DNA from: Armatimonadota bacterium
GTDB taxonomy: Bacteria; Cloacimonadota; Cloacimonadia; Cloacimonadales; TCS61
Reading direction: 5' to 3'
Length of the DNA stretch: 64,000 nucleotides
Assembly: GCA_013203665.1 (NCBI GenBank)
Contig: JABMPU010000203.1
Coordinates: 988-64,987, forward strand
The notes beneath the pieces are model-generated. The model was not told the DNA's origin, made no database searches, and saw only the letters and a list, made by a program, of their open reading frames with translations. A program made the position numbers and the translations under genes. Below, piece by piece: positions 44,644 to 54,755 of this stretch; the first letter of the stretch is position 1; each line of letters starts with the position of its first letter.

Positions 44644-45132
44644 ATGGATTTAGATTTCTTAAAGAAAGTTAAGCTTTTTCAAAACCTGACCGAACAGGAA
44701 TTAATAACATTCTCGTCCAAACTGAAACTAATCAAAGTAAAGGAGAATGAAATCATTATCAAAGATGGTGAATTGGGAGATAAACTTTACATTCTTTACA
44801 AAGGCAAAGTAGGAATTTCCAAAAAAATCACTATGCTCGATGAAGAAGAAGATAGAGATAAAACTTTTATCGTGCTTTCTGCAAAAGACTGCCTTTTTTT
44901 TGGAGAGATCGGACTTTTGGAATCTCAGAAAAGAACAGCTACTGTCACAGCTAATTCTGATTGCGAACTTTATACTTTAACCCACAAAGACTTTATGCAC
45001 ATCTGTAAGGCAAATCCCAGAATCGGTTTTAGAGTAAATATGGAAATTGCCTTAAAATTATCTCATTTAGTAGAAAAAACCAATTCCGATGTTCTAAAGC
45101 TTACCACAGCATTAATTTATGCTCTGAGATAA
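44644..45132 (+). CDS. Stand-alone cyclic-nucleotide-binding domain protein
   Basis: 'LFQNLTEQEL', 'IIKDGELGDKLYILYKGKV' and an intact phosphate-binding cassette, 'FFGEIGLLESQKRTATVTA'. Starts 9 nt after the channel stop (or overlaps it via TTG 44632). Confidence 0.85.
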   Translation: MDLDFLKKVKLFQNLTEQELITFSSKLKLIKVKENEIIIKDGELGDKLYILYKGKVGISKKITMLDEEEDRDKTFIVLSAKDCLFFGEIGLLESQKRTATVTANSDCELYTLTHKDFMHICKANPRIGFRVNMEIALKLSHLVEKTNSDVLKLTTALIYALR

Positions 45133-45241
45133 CTCTGAAGAATAACATTTGGAGATTTGAAGATTAATAAATAGAACACCGATGACACAGATGGAACAGA
45201 TTTTCACCGATAAAAATGAATTTGTAATTTGATATTTGAAT

Positions 45242-45278
45242 TTTTATTAGAAATTAATAATTTGGATTTTGAAATTTA
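45242..45278 (+). repeat. 37-nt direct repeat, copy 1 (upstream of the MNT gene)
   Basis: ttttattagaaattaataatttggattttgaaattta is 36/37 identical to 46029-46065. Confidence 0.85.
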
Positions 45279-45328
45279 TTTGTCATTTGTTATTTGGAAT
45301 TTGGAATTTTCATTAGAGTGGAGATTAT

Positions 45329-45619
45329 ATGAATAAAAATACTATTACAAGTATTATTAAAGAAAATCTACCTGAATTGCAGCGAGAATATAAAATTAAT
45401 TTCTTAAAACTGTTTGGTTCTTATGCAAAAAATCAGCAAAATCCTGATAGTGATGTAGATATTTTGGTAGATTTCAATGAAGTCATAAACTTGATTCAAT
45501 TTATAAAATTGAAGAACGCTCTATCAGAAATGCTGAATATGAAAGTTGACCTGGTAATGGAAAATGCATTAAAAAAAGGAATCAAAAATAAAATATTAAA
45601 GGAAGCTGAAGCGATATGA
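45329..45619 (+). CDS. mntA: Nucleotidyltransferase antitoxin MntA-like
   Basis: 'LFGSYAKNQQNPDSDVDILVDF' (GS...DxD). Overlaps the DUF86 gene by 4 nt. Confidence 0.85.
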   Translation: MNKNTITSIIKENLPELQREYKINFLKLFGSYAKNQQNPDSDVDILVDFNEVINLIQFIKLKNALSEMLNMKVDLVMENALKKGIKNKILKEAEAI

Positions 45620-45954
45620 AAAGAGATTTCAAATTATTCTTAGAAGATATTATATATTCCATAAATAAGATAGAAAAGTACACAAAAGGGATAACTATCG
45701 AAAAATTCAAAACGGATGATAAAACTGCCGATGCTGTTATCAGGAATTTAGAAATTATCGGTGAAGCTGCAAAAAATATTCCTAACCAAATTAGAATTAA
45801 ATATCCTGAACTTCCATGGAAAGAAATGTCAGGTTTAAGGAATATACTTATTCACGAATATTTTGGTGTTGATTTATCAGTAGTTCATAAAACTATTAAA
45901 GAATTTCTTCCGGATTTGAAAAAAAATATTCTAGAAATAATTAAGGAAAATTAA
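45616..45954 (+). CDS. hepT: HepT-like (DUF86) HEPN toxin
   Basis: 'AVIRNLEIIGEAAKNIP' and the Rx4H motif 'LRNILIHEYFGVD'. Confidence 0.85.
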   Translation: MKRDFKLFLEDIIYSINKIEKYTKGITIEKFKTDDKTADAVIRNLEIIGEAAKNIPNQIRIKYPELPWKEMSGLRNILIHEYFGVDLSVVHKTIKEFLPDLKKNILEIIKEN

Positions 45955-45963
45955 GTCTTCCTT

Positions 45964-46016
45964 CTCATTCCCAAGTGCAACCGTCTTTGCAGGACTAAAG
46001 ACTTGGGAATGAGTGG
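45964..46016 (+). repeat. 13-bp hairpin after hepT, with a conserved 3' arm TTGGGAATGAGTGG
   Basis: ctcattcccaagt 45964-45976 pairs with acttgggaatgag 46001-46013. The tail tgg matches the 43322-43352 element. Confidence 0.6.
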
Positions 46017-46028
46017 ATCCATTTAGAC

Positions 46029-46065
46029 TTTTATTAGAAATTAGTAATTTGGATTTTGAAATTTA
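46029..46065 (+). repeat. 37-nt direct repeat, copy 2 (upstream of the GT4 gene)
   Basis: ttttattagaaattagtaatttggattttgaaattta; see 45242-45278. Confidence 0.85.
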
Positions 46066-46087
46066 CTTTTTAAAGGAAATGTAACTT

Positions 46088-47344
46088 ATGAAAATTATCA
46101 AAAAGATCTGTATGCTCAGCACTCACGGTTATTTTGATTCTATTCCTCAATTGGGAAGAACTGATACTGGCGGACAGGTTGTTTATGTCCTGCAATTGGC
46201 AAAAGCTTTATCTCTGCTTAATACAAATGTTGATATTTATACCCGCTGGTTTGAAAAATCTAAAAAACAGATTGAACAGGTTCCAGGTTATCCAAATGTA
46301 AGAATCATACGCATTCCAGCAGGAAATTGGGAGTTTATTCTCAAAGAAAAAATTTATGGAATTCTCGCTGAATTAGCACAAAACATGATAGATTTTATTC
46401 AGAGAAAAAATTTGAATTATGATCTTTTTCATGCTCATTATGTGGATGCAGGAATTGTTGGGATCAAAGTTGCCGCTTTTTTTAAAAAACCTTTATTTTT
46501 CACAGCTCATTCAATCGGAGCCTGGAAAAAAGAACAAATGGGCGGTAATGCTAATGAGATGGAAAAAAAATATAATTTCCAGCATCGGATTGCTGAAGAA
46601 CTGAGAATTTTCAAAACTGCAAGAGCAAATACTGTCACCAGCCTTGTTCAGGAAGAAAAACTCGAAAATCTCTATAAATTCAAATCAGAAAAAACTACTG
46701 TAATCGAATGCGGAACAGATGTTCATAATTTCAAACCAGCAGATGCAAACGAAAAAAAGATTAAAACAAATCTGCCGGATAACTATATTTTCTGCTTGAG
46801 TCGAATCGATACTAATAAAGGTCACGACCTGCTTTTGGAAGCTTTCAATTTAGTAAAAGATGAAATTGCAGATATTTCTTTGGTTATTGGAGGAGGTTCA
46901 CCAAAACCACAAAAACGCGAGAAAGAGATTTTTGCTCAAATGAGAAAAACCATTTCAGTTCATAAGATGGATAACAGAGTACAAATTCTCGGCTACATTC
47001 CGGATGAACTTCTTGTTCCCTATTACCAGCAGGCAAGAATATTCGTACTTCCATCTCTGTTTGAACCTTTTGGCATGACCACCACAGAAGCAATGGCGTG
47101 CGGAACTCCAGTTGTCGCTTCCAAATTTGGAGGAATTCGTGATGTTATCAGTTCCGCTAAAAATGGCATTCTAATCAATCCTGAAAATACAAAGGAATTT
47201 GCTTCTGCCATGATTAACCTTCTTAAAAATCCAGAAGATGCTAAAAAAATCGGATTCGAAGGAGCAAATTTGGTAAAGACAAAATATAGTTGGGAAGCCA
47301 TTGCTGAAAGACATATTAAATTCCATGAAAATAATATGATCTGA
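46088..47344 (+). CDS. GT4 glycosyltransferase of the sucrose-phosphate-synthase-like type
   Basis: 'ICMLSTHGYFDSIPQLGRTDTGGQVVYVLQLAKAL' is the SPS/SuSy-type N-terminal signature. 'PSLFEPFGMTTTEAMACGTPVVASKFGG' is a GT4 motif. Confidence 0.7.
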   Translation: MKIIKKICMLSTHGYFDSIPQLGRTDTGGQVVYVLQLAKALSLLNTNVDIYTRWFEKSKKQIEQVPGYPNVRIIRIPAGNWEFILKEKIYGILAELAQNMIDFIQRKNLNYDLFHAHYVDAGIVGIKVAAFFKKPLFFTAHSIGAWKKEQMGGNANEMEKKYNFQHRIAEELRIFKTARANTVTSLVQEEKLENLYKFKSEKTTVIECGTDVHNFKPADANEKKIKTNLPDNYIFCLSRIDTNKGHDLLLEAFNLVKDEIADISLVIGGGSPKPQKREKEIFAQMRKTISVHKMDNRVQILGYIPDELLVPYYQQARIFVLPSLFEPFGMTTTEAMACGTPVVASKFGGIRDVISSAKNGILINPENTKEFASAMINLLKNPEDAKKIGFEGANLVKTKYSWEAIAERHIKFHENNMI

Positions 47345-47398
47345 TATGAAAAAGTCTTTTCAATTTATAAATCCGAATTCCTAATAATTAGTGATAAA

Positions 47399-47908
47399 AT
47401 GAAAAAAATACTTTTTATAGTTTTGATTATTTTATTTTTATTTATATATTCGTATAAAAGTAACGATGACTATTCTGTTGATGTAGATGACTTTCCAAAG
47501 ATATTTAACCAAATTAAAACAAATTATGGTAAATCAGGCAAAATAATTATTAATAAAACCAAATTATGGGATTACATTATTATATGCCGTCCTTATATGT
47601 TTGGTAATAAATTGTCTGAAGAAACAGGCTTAATACTAGATGAAGCTATGCAAATTGAAGCAGAAATGGAAACTACAGATGATTACAAGATACTGTTTGT
47701 GTTTAATCAACACATTTATGAAACTAAAGATATTTACATAAAAAATTCCTCAATTATATCTATGTATGGTTACATATTTGTAACAAATGAGAAGAATTAT
47801 TTCTATTATGAGTTAATAAAAAATACATTGCAATTATATGGACAGGATCGGGTGAGTCAACATATGAAAAGAAATCCTGATGCACCAGCTCATGAACATG
47901 TGTGGTAA
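47399..47908 (+). CDS. Hypothetical secreted/anchored protein
   Basis: 169 aa with a hydrophobic N-terminus, 'ILFIVLIILFLFIY'. I recognise no family. Confidence 0.45.
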   Translation: MKKILFIVLIILFLFIYSYKSNDDYSVDVDDFPKIFNQIKTNYGKSGKIIINKTKLWDYIIICRPYMFGNKLSEETGLILDEAMQIEAEMETTDDYKILFVFNQHIYETKDIYIKNSSIISMYGYIFVTNEKNYFYYELIKNTLQLYGQDRVSQHMKRNPDAPAHEHVW

Positions 47909-48048
47909 AATGGGATTTACTTACCACATAGTTCCCTTTTACTTGTTACTTGTCACATAGCTCCCGCTGTGTGACATGGATACATTGCATAGCTGGAGCT
48001 ATGCAACGAGAATTAGTGTTTCAAATTTCAAAATCAAAAGGAACAAAT

Positions 48049-49263
48049 TTGAAAATAAAAGTACTCTTGATTTGTTTCATAATTCTCATATTTAGTTGCA
48101 GCAATTCTAAAGTTATCAAAATTTCTTCTTCAAAAGAATTAGAATCTCTCTTTGAAAAACCTCAATATTTTATTGAAGTACATTTGGCTTCAGGAGAATA
48201 TTTCTTAAATCCCAAAAGTATAATCGATTCAACTTGTGGAAATTGTGAAGATCCAAACACTCCAATTCCCGCAACTGTTGGTCTTATTATTTCCGGGAAA
48301 AATATAAAATTAATCGGACCGGAAGATAGATCAGCTATAATTCATACAAATGCAGGATATGGTTTGTTCATCAAAAAATGTGAAAGCTGTATCATCGAAA
48401 ATCTATCAATCACAGGTGGAATTCGTGATACATCTGCATTTGCCAGTGATGCAGCGATTGTAGTGAAAAACAGTAATGCAACCATCAAGAATAATAAGAT
48501 ATATGAAAATCTTGGTGATTCTCTACTCATCTCAAAAAATATTGTTGGAATCATGGGAATCTGTGGAAGGGAAAATTCAAAAATTGAAATAATCGAAAAT
48601 GAAATTATTTGTAATTCATGGGATGGGATCGCTCTTTACCGCGATTCTGAAGCTATAATTTTACGAAATATAATCGATGGAATAGATAAACGCGGAGGAC
48701 GAAAACCATCAGGGGGACGTGGAGTTGGAATCGGAGTAACCTGGAATGCAAAAGCTCTTATAGAAGAAAACCTTATTTCGCGATATTGGAAAGGAATCGG
48801 CATTTTCGTGGATGCAAACTGCACAATCCGCAATAATATTGTGGAAGATTTGATAACCTGGGGTATTGCTTTATGGGATGCTGGAAAAGGGAAACCTAAA
48901 GCAAAAATCGAAAATAATATTATTTATGATGTGGGAGCTTGTGGAATCTCAATTACACATTCTCAGGAAAGCGAAGAACCCGGATATTTGATTGGTAATA
49001 TCATTGTAAAAGCTGCTCAAGATTCTGCTTATGATTCTCCTGATTTTTATTGTTATCAATGTGCTCTTGCAAAACACGATGTTCCAGAAAATTTTTTAAT
49101 CGAAGAAAATCTTTTTTTCAATAATCGCAGGGCAACAAATGATTTGCCGGATTACGATCTTTCAGAACATGAATTTTATGAGCAATTTGAAAATAAAAAA
49201 ATGATATGGAATTCAATTCCTATTTACAAAAAATCAAAATTTTATAAAGATTTTTTCGAATAG
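48049..49263 (+). CDS. Right-handed parallel beta-helix repeat lipoprotein (NosD/pectin-lyase-fold-like)
   Basis: Lipobox 'LIFSC' after a TTG 48049 start (aaagga RBS-like 8 nt upstream). Repeated 'N..I..N.I......GI' turns ('ENLSITGG', 'IKNNKIYEN', 'IENEIICNSWDGIAL', 'IRNNIVED', 'IENNIIYD'). The 47950 track start crosses a hairpin region. Confidence 0.6.
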   Translation: MKIKVLLICFIILIFSCSNSKVIKISSSKELESLFEKPQYFIEVHLASGEYFLNPKSIIDSTCGNCEDPNTPIPATVGLIISGKNIKLIGPEDRSAIIHTNAGYGLFIKKCESCIIENLSITGGIRDTSAFASDAAIVVKNSNATIKNNKIYENLGDSLLISKNIVGIMGICGRENSKIEIIENEIICNSWDGIALYRDSEAIILRNIIDGIDKRGGRKPSGGRGVGIGVTWNAKALIEENLISRYWKGIGIFVDANCTIRNNIVEDLITWGIALWDAGKGKPKAKIENNIIYDVGACGISITHSQESEEPGYLIGNIIVKAAQDSAYDSPDFYCYQCALAKHDVPENFLIEENLFFNNRRATNDLPDYDLSEHEFYEQFENKKMIWNSIPIYKKSKFYKDFFE

Positions 49264-49276
49264 CACATCGACATAC

Positions 49277-49304
49277 TCGAGTCGATTGGCAAGTATCGAC
49301 TCGA
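49277..49304 (+). terminator. 10-bp hairpin after the beta-helix gene (no clear U-tract)
   Basis: tcgagtcgat 49277-49286 pairs with atcgactcga 49295-49304. Confidence 0.4.
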
Positions 49305-49397
49305 AACAATAATAATGCAAAAATCAAACCTGCCTTGACAACAAAATCTCATAAAAGATTTTAGCTTTTTAAGATAAATTGTTAAAGGGATTTTAAA

Positions 49398-50201
49398 TTG
49401 AGAAAACAACCGATAGGAATATTTGATTCCGGAGTTGGAGGTTTAACTGTTTTTAAGGAAATACGCAAAAAATTTCCTTTTGAGGATATTGTCTATTTTG
49501 GTGATACTGCGCGAGTTCCTTATGGACCTAAATCCAGAAATACCGTGATTGAATATTCCATCCAGAATGCCAGATTTTTACTGCAATGTGGAGCAAAAAT
49601 AATTGTAGTTGCCTGTAATACATCTTCCTCAGTTGCTTTGGAAACACTCAAAAAAGTCTTATCAATTCCGGTTATCGGAGTGATCGAACCGGGTGTAATT
49701 TCCGCAGTTAATAATTCTAAAAATGGAAAAATCGGAATCATCGGAACAGAAGGAACTATCAGAAGTAAAGCCTATTCGCAGGCAATTCTCAAACTTAATA
49801 ATAATTATGAAGTTTTCGCAAAAGCGTGTCCTCTCTTTGTTTCACTCGTGGAAGAAGGAATGGAAAATCATGAAATCACAAAAATAATTTCCAATGAATA
49901 CCTCACTCCTCTTCTTAAGAAAAAAATCGATGCGATCATTCTCGGCTGCACTCATTATCCCATCCTTAAACATATCATCCAACAAACAGTTGGAAATGAA
50001 GTGACTTTAGTTGACAGTGCTCAGGCAGTTACAAATGAATTGGAAAAAATACTTTCTCCTGAAACATCAGAAACAGGTTGTGACAAGTTTTATGTGAGTG
50101 ATAATGAGGATAAATTCCGGAAAATCGCTTCCAGGATTTTAGAGAGAGAAATCGAATCTTTGATCAATGTGAAGCTTGGAGAAAGCTGGTATCTTGCCTG
50201 A
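49398..50201 (+). CDS. murI: Glutamate racemase MurI
   Basis: 'IGIFDSGVGGLTV', 'IIVVACNTSS' and 'IILGCTHYP'. TTG start. Confidence 0.9.
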   Translation: MRKQPIGIFDSGVGGLTVFKEIRKKFPFEDIVYFGDTARVPYGPKSRNTVIEYSIQNARFLLQCGAKIIVVACNTSSSVALETLKKVLSIPVIGVIEPGVISAVNNSKNGKIGIIGTEGTIRSKAYSQAILKLNNNYEVFAKACPLFVSLVEEGMENHEITKIISNEYLTPLLKKKIDAIILGCTHYPILKHIIQQTVGNEVTLVDSAQAVTNELEKILSPETSETGCDKFYVSDNEDKFRKIASRILEREIESLINVKLGESWYLA

Positions 50202-51229
50202 TGGACAACTTTCCTGAAATAGCCGATAAAATCGTTAATGACTTTCTTAAAATCAAACCGGGCAATATTGTCTCTATTTCGGGTGAGATCCATAATGCAA
50301 ATAAAACTGATAAACCGCTTTTAGAAATTCCCTTCATCGAAGAATTGGCATTAGGAATCCGTAAGAAAAAAGCCTTTCCAGTACTTGAAATTTCCACTGA
50401 AAATCTTAAGAAGCGTTTCTTTGCGGAAATGCCATCTGAAATTTTTTCGCTTCAACCAGTTTATTACAAAAAATGGATCGATTCTATTGATGTTTTTATT
50501 TATGTGGGATGGAAAAATGTTTTTAATGAATTCCAGAAAACAAGTAATGAAAAATTGAAAGAATCCTTAAAAAGTATCTGGGAAAAAATCTTTCAACAGA
50601 AGAAGAAACTCTTATTTTTGAACTTTCCATCATCTGAACTGGCGGAATTCTTGAAAACAAATTTTGATGATTTAATGAAATTCTACTCAAAATCAGTTGA
50701 TTGTAATTATGCCCAACTTCAAAAAGCGAAAGACGAATTAAAAAGTAAATTTTCAACTTTTTCAAATTATACAATTCATTCCAAAAATGAAAAACTGAAT
50801 ATTAAGACGAGGATTGTTTTACCGGATTTATCAAGAAATAAAGACTATTCTCAAATTTCGATTTTACCTTTTGGAAACCAGGATATCCCTCTGGAAAGGA
50901 AAAAAATAAATGGCACTTTTATCGCTGAAAAAGCATATTATAAAAACTTTATCTTTGAAAATCTTAAGATTAATTTTGAAAAAGGATTTGTACATTATAT
51001 CTCATTTGAAAAGGAAAGAAAAGAAAACTTCATTTTACAAAATGCACTCATGAAAAGTAAAACTGAATGTTTTCTTGTTCTTGGTTTCAACCCGAAAGCA
51101 ACATCTTACACAAACTATTATTTATTTGATACTTGTATTGACGGCAACACATCAATGAAATTTTTTGATGGAGGTTCTCATCCGATAATTTTGAGTAATA
51201 TAAATGCAGAAATCAAAAAAAAAATATAA
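50201..51229 (+). CDS. Hypothetical protein, weakly aminopeptidase (M29/PepS)-like at the N-terminus
   Basis: 'IADKIVNDFLKIKPGNIVSISGE' resembles the N-terminus of M29 aminopeptidases. I could not identify the metal ligands, so the call is tentative. Confidence 0.3.
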   Translation: MDNFPEIADKIVNDFLKIKPGNIVSISGEIHNANKTDKPLLEIPFIEELALGIRKKKAFPVLEISTENLKKRFFAEMPSEIFSLQPVYYKKWIDSIDVFIYVGWKNVFNEFQKTSNEKLKESLKSIWEKIFQQKKKLLFLNFPSSELAEFLKTNFDDLMKFYSKSVDCNYAQLQKAKDELKSKFSTFSNYTIHSKNEKLNIKTRIVLPDLSRNKDYSQISILPFGNQDIPLERKKINGTFIAEKAYYKNFIFENLKINFEKGFVHYISFEKERKENFILQNALMKSKTECFLVLGFNPKATSYTNYYLFDTCIDGNTSMKFFDGGSHPIILSNINAEIKKKI

Positions 51230-51335
51230 TTTAGAGAGAAGAACTGGGGAAAAATGACAAAGGACAAATTTCTAATTTCTAAGGTTGGAAATATCAGCCG
51301 ATAAGTACACGAATGAACACTAAAAAAAGGTCATA

Positions 51336-51470
51336 TTTCTAATAAAAATCCAAAATCCAAAAAAAAGAACTCCGAAGTGTGAGAAGTATATTTGATATCT
51401 GGAATTTTATTTGAAATTTGGATTTTTATTTGTTATTTGAAATTTGGATTTAGAAATTATTTTTTATAGG
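51336..51470. repeat. AT-rich 'TTTGGATTT / TTATTAGAAAT' word cluster with inverted copies
   Basis: tttctaataaaaatccaaaatccaaa (51336-51361) is the reverse complement of the motif family seen at 45242-45320 and 46029-46065. ttgttatttgaaatttggattt lies at ~51429-51450. Confidence 0.5.
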
Positions 51471-51481
51471 AAATTTGAGTT

Positions 51482-52993
51482 ATGAAAATTGGATTTGATA
51501 ACGAGAAATATTTAAAAGAGCAGACTTCGGCAATCTTGGAACGAATGAGAAAATTTGATAATAAACTCTATCTTGAATTCGGTGGCAAAATCATCTACGA
51601 TTACCATGCTTCGCGGGTTTTACCAGGTTTCCATCCTAATGTAAAGATGGAACTTCTGAAAACATTGAAAGACAGAGCTGATATTATCCTCTGCATTTAC
51701 GCAGGTGATATTGAACGCAGAAAAGTGCGAGCTGATTTTGGTATAACTTATGATGTGGATGCAATGAAACTCATTGATGATCTTCGAGATTGGAATATCG
51801 AAGTAACCGCTATTGTGATAACACGTTACGAAAATCAACCTACTGCTAAAATATTCAAGAATAAACTGGAACGCAGAAATATCAAAGTTTATACTCACGC
51901 TTTCACAAAAGGTTATCCTACAAATATCGATACCATCGTTAGTGATGAAGGTTATGGAGCCAATGAATATATTGAGACGTCAAAACCGCTTGTAATTGTT
52001 ACTGGCCCCGGACCGGGCAGCGGTAAGCTGGCAACTTGCCTTTCCCAGATGTATCATGAAAATAAACATGGGATTAAAGCAGGTTATGCAAAATTCGAGA
52101 CGTTCCCGATCTGGAATATTCCGCTGAAACACCCGGTTAATAAAGCTTATGAATCTGCAACTGCAGATTTAAAAGATTTTAACCTGATAGATCCATTTCA
52201 CTTGGAAACTTATAGAAAGACAGCTATCAACTATAACCGTGATGTAGAAATTTTTCCTGTGCTGAGACGAATCCTGGAAAAGATTACAGGTGAAGCAGCA
52301 ATGTACCAGTCTCCCACAGATATGGGAGTTAATCGTGCAGGCTTTTCAATATTTGATGATGAAGCAATCAAAGAAGCAGCAAAACAAGAAATAATCCGCA
52401 GATATTTCCGCTACAAATGTGAGTTCATTATGGGCTTTGTTGATAAAGAAACCATTTATCGGGCTGAACTTCTTATGAATGAAATCGGAGCTAAACCTGA
52501 AGATAGAAAAACTGTAATACCAGCACGTTTAGCTTCTAAAGAAGCTGAAGAAACAGGAAAGGGACATTCCGGAATATTTTGCGGTTCTGCTATTGAATTG
52601 AGAGATGGAAGTATTATTGTGGGGAAAAACTTTCCTCTCATGCATTCAGCTTCCAGCCTTGTGCTAAATGCGATTAAGAAATTAGCTGGTATTCCGGATG
52701 AAATCCACCTGCTTTCCCCAAAAGTCATAGAATCGATATTTAACCTGGAAAAGAATATCCTGAACGAAAAAGCTGTTAGCCTGGATCTGGAAGAGACAAT
52801 GATAGCACTCAGCATCAGCGCCACAACAAATCCCACAGCACAATTTGCGATGGAGAAATTGAAAGAACTTAGAGGTTGCGAAGTTCATACTACTCATATT
52901 CCCACTCCCGGTGACGAAGCTGGTCTTAGAAGATTGGGAATTAACCTGACAAGTGATCCCAATTTTTCTACAAATAGTTTATTTATGTCTTAA
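51482..52993 (+). CDS. DUF1846 / UPF0371 family protein
   Basis: '[22 protein letters not shown]...[22 protein letters not shown]' is the characteristic UPF0371 N-terminus. About 500 aa. Confidence 0.8.
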   Translation: MKIGFDNEKYLKEQTSAILERMRKFDNKLYLEFGGKIIYDYHASRVLPGFHPNVKMELLKTLKDRADIILCIYAGDIERRKVRADFGITYDVDAMKLIDDLRDWNIEVTAIVITRYENQPTAKIFKNKLERRNIKVYTHAFTKGYPTNIDTIVSDEGYGANEYIETSKPLVIVTGPGPGSGKLATCLSQMYHENKHGIKAGYAKFETFPIWNIPLKHPVNKAYESATADLKDFNLIDPFHLETYRKTAINYNRDVEIFPVLRRILEKITGEAAMYQSPTDMGVNRAGFSIFDDEAIKEAAKQEIIRRYFRYKCEFIMGFVDKETIYRAELLMNEIGAKPEDRKTVIPARLASKEAEETGKGHSGIFCGSAIELRDGSIIVGKNFPLMHSASSLVLNAIKKLAGIPDEIHLLSPKVIESIFNLEKNILNEKAVSLDLEETMIALSISATTNPTAQFAMEKLKELRGCEVHTTHIPTPGDEAGLRRLGINLTSDPNFSTNSLFMS

Positions 52994-53004
52994 ATTGAAC
53001 AATT

Positions 53005-53101
53005 TTTCCCAACTTTCCGTCAAAGACCGGACAAATTCAGTTGGGAAATCTTAAGCAGAAGCTTGAACAATAATTTCTTCCGAACCGGAAGATTCGGAAG
53101 A
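53005..53101 (+). other. Two hairpins in the DUF1846-pyrG intergenic region
   Basis: tttcccaact 53005-53014 pairs with agttgggaaa 53039-53048. tcttccgaa 53076-53084 pairs with ttcggaaga 53093-53101. Confidence 0.45.
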
Positions 53102-53130
53102 AAAATGAAATAAAATTATAAAAGGAATAA

Positions 53131-54738
<1,608 letters not shown>

Positions 54739-54755
54739 TAGAGCATTGAGGAATT

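Noticed and set aside
47950-48048. Track start of the beta-helix protein
   Set aside because: The first 33 codons cross the hairpin/direct-word region (47940-48010) and precede the obvious signal peptide. TTG 48049, with an upstream aaagga, fits a lipoprotein precursor.
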